In this document: positions 56,728-62,123 of the stretch, one piece after another | Position numbering within the stretch: the first letter of the stretch is position 1 | Layout: each line of letters opens with the position of its first letter | DNA from: a virus | Taxonomy: Duplodnaviria; Caudoviricetes | IMG/VR virus record: IMGVR_UViG_3300044460_000010 | Span: 1-62,123 of that record | Length of the DNA stretch: 62,123 bases | Reading direction: 5' to 3' (one strand) | Notes under the pieces: generated by a model | Database searches by the model: none | What the model was told of the DNA's origin: nothing | Seen by the model: the letters and a program-made list of their open reading frames with translations, nothing else | Position numbers and translations under genes: made by a program

Positions 56728-59454
56728 TCACTCCAGTGATGCCAACACCATGTCTACCAGTTCGCGCCCACGGTCCATGGGCATCGCCTTCGCGAGCGGC
56801 GGCCGACTCCCCTTGCCCGCGGGGTTGGCCGGTCTCGGCACAGCGCCCGATGTTGGGCCTTGCCGCCGCTTGATGCCGACGTTGAGCCTGCCACCGCCGA
56901 CTTTCGTGAGGTCCAGCGTCTGGTTGGCGCTGCCCTCGGGACTCGCCAGTGCCTGCTTGCAGAGCATGACGATGGTATTTGCCAGGAGATGCCGGGCCAG
57001 TTCCGGTGAGATCTTGAGGTGCGCCGCGACGCGGTCTGCGTGCTTGGCGGCTTGCGCCACGGCCCACACGTGCGCCTTCGCGAGTATCGCCTTGCCCTCG
57101 GGGGATTTGGCGAAGGCGGCGGCTTTGGCGACGGCGGCCTTCTTACGCTCGTCGGGAATGGCTCTCGCCGCGATATCCTTGGCCTGCTCCGCACTCATGG
57201 GACTGCCGCGCCGCTCATCCTCGGGGATCGGACCAGCGGAGCGTGGAACGGGCGGCTTACCTGTTGGCCTGCCGGGCGCGGGCTTGGCTCCGCTGCCGGG
57301 CGCGGGCGTCCACGGCGGCTCCGCGGCTACACCACCGTCGGGCCGCGCCGGCGCGTTTGCGGGTTGCGCCCCGCCTGTTGCTTGCGCCGTCACGCCAGCG
57401 AAGTGCTTGTTGAGCGCATCCAGCCATGCCTTGCCCGTTGCGTGCCCGGCCGACATCATTTCGTATGCGGTCTTGATGGCCGCCGTGAATCTCTGGGCCG
57501 CTTCGGGATGCTTGGCGAATCCCGCTTGCTTGACTCGCTCCCACGCTTGGCCGATGTTGGTCTTGCGCTCAGTTGATGGGACTTCGCCCGTCTTGGCAAT
57601 CGAGTCCGCGATGCCTTGGTAGAGGCCAGCGGAAAAGTCTCCAGGCGTGAGGCGGTCAAACGCCGCCTTGATATCCGCACCCTTCTGGTCTTGCACGGAC
57701 AGCGGCTTGCCTTGCTGTGGGGCTGGTTGTGCCGCGGGTTGTCGCGGCTGTGTGTACGGCACGATTTGGCCGTTTTTCTTCGTGTACCTCTTGCCGTCAT
57801 TGCCGGTCCAGATCGACCCCTCGGCGCGCTTGGGTCGGGCCTGGCCGCTGCCGGGCTTGCTGACCTTGACAGCACCACCTTTCCAGCCGCCCACGGACTT
57901 CTGCACGCCTTCGGGCTGCTGCTCCTCACCGGGAACCCCCAGTGCTTCCAGTGCCGCCGCTGTCACCGCGTCTTGGGTCGCCTCGGGTGAGTCGTCGATG
58001 GGTTGCCCTTCATCACCGGTCGGCTGTTCTTCGCCGGGCGCCCCTGCCCCAAGGGAGGGGGGTTGCCCATCCACACCGGGCATGCCGGGCTGAGGGGGCG
58101 GGGCAATCGCTTGCTGCAGTTTGGCGATGTGGATGGGTAGCGGCATATCGCCATCGGGCTTGGGTTTGAACCCGTTGGCCTTCCGCCACTCATTCACGTC
58201 GATGGCACCGGACTGCAGCCCCGTGTCGTTTTTCTTGGCCTCCATCTCGATGTCCGCGGGCTTGCACGGCTCGACCTCGATCTTGAATTGCCCCGGCTTC
58301 TCGCACCACGGGTTCGCCAGCCCTTGTGTCAGGAATACACCCAGTTCGCGGCTGTACGGCGTGACGCCCAGATCCCACCACTGCTGGATCTCCGCGAAGT
58401 GCTGACTGTAGCTATTCGAGCCGGGAATCGCGATGCCCTTGGGCACACCGAAGAGCGCCAGCACGACGCCGCCCTGCTGATCGTAGCTCGTGCCGTAGTC
58501 CATCTCGCGGGATGACTGACTGATGGGTTTCAGTTCGATCTTGTCGTTGAGTCCGCCGCCGCCCAGAACCACGAACCGGTGGGCGTTCTTCGCGCCACCG
58601 TGCCGGGTTTCCAGGGCGTTCTGGAACTTCTCGCAGGTGGCCTGGTCGGCACCCGGAATGAGCGCGGCCATGTCCATTTGCATGCCGTGGTCGAACATGG
58701 CCCAACGGGACGTCATGATGGCTTCGAGCACATCGATTTCCTGCGCGCCCGACTGCAACCGGGACATGCCCATGTTGCGTCCCCAGGGGTGCATCGCGCG
58801 GAATCGCTTCACCTCTTCGCCGGGAAGGATCGCCTGGCTGGCCAGTCCTCCGGCCATGTAGAACCCGCTAGCGGCGTAGGGCGTGACGCGGTAGGAGCCT
58901 TTGGGCCATCGCGGGTCTTGCCCGGCTGCCGTGCCAGCCTGAACGAGGGCTGATGTGAGCGAGAAGAACCGGACGGGCCTACCCGCGTCGTTGAGCGGAC
59001 ACCACGCCGGCGCGTCTCCCGTGAGCATGTGCTGGAGGGTGAGGAACGTGCATTCCTGACCCATCGACCACAAGCCATCCTCGCCGCCCGGTTGCTCGAC
59101 GATCTTGCAGAGGGGGTGCTCTTGGTCGGCGGGCTGGTACTCGTCATCGCGGGAGTAGTGACCCGTGCCGTAGGACTTGAGGACGTTTTGCTTGGTGCGC
59201 TCGAGGACGTTGAAGCGGGCACCGCCGATCACGCTCATGTACAGGCGGATAGCGATACCGACCATGCCCCGGAAGTGATTGGTCTGCTCGTATCGGTCGG
59301 CACCCCAGTAACCCGGCTGGTCGGCCCGCTCCAGCACGCGCTGGAAGAGGTACGCTTGTAGCTGCTCGCCGGGACCGGGAGTCGCGCGTGTGCCCGGCGC
59401 GAGCATGTCGAGCGTGGAGCCGACCGAACCGGAAAATGGGTAGGGGTTGGCCAT
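56728..59454 (-). CDS. Portal protein with long C-terminal extension
   Basis: HPLCKIVEQP, LTGDA, GMSRL, HGGAKNAHRFVVL, LFGVP, IDVNEWRKANGFKP. Confidence 0.85.
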   Translation of the reverse strand: MANPYPFSGSVGSTLDMLAPGTRATPGPGEQLQAYLFQRVLERADQPGYWGADRYEQTNHFRGMVGIAIRLYMSVIGGARFNVLERTKQNVLKSYGTGHYSRDDEYQPADQEHPLCKIVEQPGGEDGLWSMGQECTFLTLQHMLTGDAPAWCPLNDAGRPVRFFSLTSALVQAGTAAGQDPRWPKGSYRVTPYAASGFYMAGGLASQAILPGEEVKRFRAMHPWGRNMGMSRLQSGAQEIDVLEAIMTSRWAMFDHGMQMDMAALIPGADQATCEKFQNALETRHGGAKNAHRFVVLGGGGLNDKIELKPISQSSREMDYGTSYDQQGGVVLALFGVPKGIAIPGSNSYSQHFAEIQQWWDLGVTPYSRELGVFLTQGLANPWCEKPGQFKIEVEPCKPADIEMEAKKNDTGLQSGAIDVNEWRKANGFKPKPDGDMPLPIHIAKLQQAIAPPPQPGMPGVDGQPPSLGAGAPGEEQPTGDEGQPIDDSPEATQDAVTAAALEALGVPGEEQQPEGVQKSVGGWKGGAVKVSKPGSGQARPKRAEGSIWTGNDGKRYTKKNGQIVPYTQPRQPAAQPAPQQGKPLSVQDQKGADIKAAFDRLTPGDFSAGLYQGIADSIAKTGEVPSTERKTNIGQAWERVKQAGFAKHPEAAQRFTAAIKTAYEMMSAGHATGKAWLDALNKHFAGVTAQATGGAQPANAPARPDGGVAAEPPWTPAPGSGAKPAPGRPTGKPPVPRSAGPIPEDERRGSPMSAEQAKDIAARAIPDERKKAAVAKAAAFAKSPEGKAILAKAHVWAVAQAAKHADRVAAHLKISPELARHLLANTIVMLCKQALASPEGSANQTLDLTKVGGGRLNVGIKRRQGPTSGAVPRPANPAGKGSRPPLAKAMPMDRGRELVDMVLASLE

Positions 59455-59497
59455 GATGGCAGATTATGCATGGCCAGCGGGGAACCTGCGAGGACGC

Positions 59498-60403
59498 TTA
59501 GGTTATTCTGGTAATGGTCGTGCCGCGATTCTCAAACGTCACGGTGCCGATGTTTGGCAGGAAGCGGCCGCTTGCGTCGCGGGGATGGGCGCCGGGATCG
59601 AATTCAGGGAGCGGCAGTTCGAACTCAATGCCACCGTAAAGCCGTGACAGGTGCTCGCGCAAAATCTCTACAGCAGCGCTCCAACTCATGACTGCCCAAT
59701 CCGAGGATTCGATGCCAGTAACATGAATGTTCGGCCACGTCGCCAACCTCACCCTCTCGATTGGCTGCGCGGTGTCGGGCATGGGGCGGGGGATGCGGCC
59801 CACTGCCCTGCACTCATCGCACTTTGCGCCCCAAGGATACCCGCCTTTACCTACTGCCCCGTACTTGAAGCCTTTACACTCCGGGCACTCGTCCGTCATC
59901 TCCGGATGCCACGCCAGCGCGTCAGCGTGTTCGAGGAAGTCTTCGGCGCTGCAGGTGATGCGAGAGATGAAGCCGCGCGAGTACCGGAATTCGTATGCGG
60001 CATTTCTGACCGTTGCGGAGTTTGAATCAAACATCGATGTCAAGCCCTGCATCGGCATACCTTCCATGAACAACTCCGCACAGATACTGGGGAACAACTC
60101 TCGCTCGCGGCGTCGGAGCTTATCCCAATAATCGCAGGGACCGTCGCACTCGGGTGGTGCGTTCGCCAACTCACACTGCACCCTCACGAATTCCGCACAC
60201 TCCGGTTCGCCATTCAACTCTGCCCACAGCGCGTACACATATCGCGGTCCGTCATTGTCACGATGCCGAAGCACCAACTCCAGCGCGGCCCGGCGCGCGT
60301 CCGGCGTCTCCGCAAGGAAGCGGTCCAGCACAATGGCATGCAGCCCGCGTTCCGTGGGGTTGTCGAGCAGGGCGGCGATGTTGTCGGCAAGGGAGGTGAT
60401 CAT
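59498..60403 (-). CDS. TIGR02996 domain protein with chimeric C-terminus
   Basis: DNDGPRYVYALWAELNGEPECAEFVRVQCEL; FRYSRGF. Confidence 0.8.
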   Translation of the reverse strand: MITSLADNIAALLDNPTERGLHAIVLDRFLAETPDARRAALELVLRHRDNDGPRYVYALWAELNGEPECAEFVRVQCELANAPPECDGPCDYWDKLRRRERELFPSICAELFMEGMPMQGLTSMFDSNSATVRNAAYEFRYSRGFISRITCSAEDFLEHADALAWHPEMTDECPECKGFKYGAVGKGGYPWGAKCDECRAVGRIPRPMPDTAQPIERVRLATWPNIHVTGIESSDWAVMSWSAAVEILREHLSRLYGGIEFELPLPEFDPGAHPRDASGRFLPNIGTVTFENRGTTITRIT

Positions 60404-60879
60404 AGCGGAGGCACCTCAATGGGAATCGGCCACCACTCCCCTTCGGGATGGATGCCCAGGGGAATCAGTTGCGCGTCAAGGAATGTCGCCGCGAACAAAG
60501 CCGTGCCAGTACCACCGACCAACTTCATCACGGGCTTCTCGCCGGGGGACGCCCGGAAGGCGTAGTAGCCTGGCGTCTTCGGCGGCTCCTTACTCCGCGC
60601 CGGCGCGGGCACGGGCTTAGCGGGAGTGCCTTCGCGGATGGCCAGAGCGATGTCAGCCGCCGCGGACGCGCGGCCTTGCTCGTGGAGGTAGTCCGACGAA
60701 GCGTGTGCCGGAGCGACGTCGAAGGCGTCCGCGATTGCCGCGCATCGCTCCCGCTCGGCTGCGACCACCTCCCGGATGGCGATGGTGATAAGTTGGCGTG
60801 CGCCTGTGTTCGGGCGACACTCCAGCCAAAAGCACACAGCGGTCAGAGCCGCTTCCGCCCGCTTGTCCGCGTCGTCCAT
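60400..60879 (-). CDS. Hypothetical protein
   Basis: AERERCAAIAD motif; GGAGG RBS. Confidence 0.6.
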   Translation of the reverse strand: MDDADKRAEAALTAVCFWLECRPNTGARQLITIAIREVVAAERERCAAIADAFDVAPAHASSDYLHEQGRASAAADIALAIREGTPAKPVPAPARSKEPPKTPGYYAFRASPGEKPVMKLVGGTGTALFAATFLDAQLIPLGIHPEGEWWPIPIEVPPL

Positions 60880-60899
60880 ATGCTGCTCCTCCTCTGGTG

Positions 60900-61091
60900 T
60901 TACACGTCGAGGTTGTCCAGAATCGCCTTCATCACGCGAGGGAAGTCTTGCACGTAATCGGTGTTCGGGTCGTACTCCCAGGACAACACGCCGAGCATAT
61001 CCTTGTACGCCGTGTGGATAGCCTCTCGCAGTTTTGCATTCTCGGCAAGTAGTTCTTCCTTGGTACGCTTGTCCGAATCGTCCTGTGTCAT
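60900..61091 (-). CDS. Hypothetical protein
   Basis: AGGAG RBS. Confidence 0.55.
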   Translation of the reverse strand: MTQDDSDKRTKEELLAENAKLREAIHTAYKDMLGVLSWEYDPNTDYVQDFPRVMKAILDNLDV

Positions 61092-61260
61092 CCCTGTTTC
61101 TCCTTGTCTGCGATCCTTTCTAACTCACGCAATGCCCGGAACCCACGGCAGCCATCGCACTGACAGCCTTCGCGTGGCGGTCCAGGGTCGTTCCAACATT
61201 GGAACGCGACGCGCCGCTCCAGTCCTAAAATCGCTTGATACATGAGCTTTTCAACGTCGC

Positions 61261-61557
61261 TCATCCCTGCTTCTCCTCTGACAGTGATTCCAGGATTAAC
61301 TCCAGGAACACCCTGACGCCCGGCGCGTAGATGCTATCGCTGATCTGCTGATCCGGCAACCCATGAGCGAGCGCGTAGTCCAGGCAGGCATCCTTGAGCC
61401 GGTGCAGCGTGAGACTGCGGTTCGTCCGCTTGCAGTATTCCTCCGCATCCTCACGGTCGTCGTGGAAGACCTGCAGCCCCGAAGAGTGGGCACGCGGCAG
61501 CCCAGGCGGTGTGGAGCTGACGATGAAGTTGGAACCCGATTCAGTTACTTGGAACAT
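61261..61557 (-). CDS. Hypothetical protein
   Basis: MFQVTESG..., GAGG RBS. Confidence 0.55.
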   Translation of the reverse strand: MFQVTESGSNFIVSSTPPGLPRAHSSGLQVFHDDREDAEEYCKRTNRSLTLHRLKDACLDYALAHGLPDQQISDSIYAPGVRVFLELILESLSEEKQG

Positions 61558-61582
61558 ATCCCACCTCGTGTACGGAAAACAT

Positions 61583-61685
61583 AAAGGCAGCCACAGATTG
61601 CGCGGATGGTACGGATGAAAGGCATAAGAATGAAATTCATTCTTTTCTGATCCTGTCTCTATCTGCGTAATCTGTGGCTGTATTC
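61583..61685. repeat. Palindromic element family A, copy 6
   Basis: CAGCCACAGAT/ATCTGTGGCTG perfect outer stem. Confidence 0.85.
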
Positions 61686-61696
61686 CTCTGCCTCCG

Positions 61697-62123
61697 TCAT
61701 CCACTCCCCATGGCAATGTAAAACTCCGGCTTGCACCAGCATGCCAGCCCAACAGCGTCCGAAGAATCGGTCGAGCGTCCAATCCTCTCGCGGATGTCTT
61801 CCTTGCTCTCCACCTTAATCCCGCCTATCGTCATCGTATACGTCGGTGCGGTCAGGTCCGCCTTCAACTCCGGGTCAGGCGGCAGCGCCAGTCGCGTTTC
61901 GGGCGGACCGCGATCGGGGTTGAGCAACGTCGCGACCTTCCACATCATGGCCGCGCGGAGGTTCAAGAAGCCGAGTGTCGGGCACTTGGGGTCACGCCAG
62001 TTGGCCGCATTGGAGACGATAATGGGTATGATATCCGGCACGTTTAAAAGTTTCGCGGAATCGATCAAAGATGCCCCGATTCCGATACCGTCCACATTCA
62101 CGGGGATGCCGACCACCCCACCG
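61697..62123 (-). CDS. terL: Terminase large subunit, C-terminal part
   Basis: VDGIGIG, FLNLRA, VESKEDIRERIGRSTDSSDAV. Confidence 0.9.
   Translation of the reverse strand, partial: GGVVGIPVNVDGIGIGASLIDSAKLLNVPDIIPIIVSNAANWRDPKCPTLGFLNLRAAMMWKVATLLNPDRGPPETRLALPPDPELKADLTAPTYTMTIGGIKVESKEDIRERIGRSTDSSDAVGLACWCKPEFYIAMGSG
61899..62123. repeat. Terminal direct repeat, right copy
   Basis: Matches 1-225. Confidence 0.95.

Overview
Apparently a complete, circularly assembled temperate tailed phage genome of about 61.9 kb: bases 1-225 recur at 61899-62123 and the terminase gene runs across the join. Three TIGR02996-like proteins suggest a Planctomycetota (Gemmataceae-like) host. Recognisable modules are terS/terL, portal, protease/scaffold, HK97-type capsid, head-tail and tail genes, class II RNR, a frameshifted thyX, helicase, ParB-like protein, two DNA methyltransferases, tyrosine integrase with candidate attP, and XRE regulators. 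The most striking locus (16941-18079) is a stand-alone Cas7/RAMP-like gene flanked by three strictly phased GGY-NN pentamer arrays, with a 45-nt tRNA mimic between two of them. A fourth array with its own promoter and terminator lies at 25.6-25.8 kb. I infer a non-CRISPR, RNA-guided viral system. Other signals are a tandem cluster of tRNA-like ncRNAs, a 9-copy late-promoter motif, dispersed palindromic repeats, and large putative head-cargo proteins with repeated K-A/S motifs and a GNAT domain. All calls are by eye; no searches or folding programs were run.
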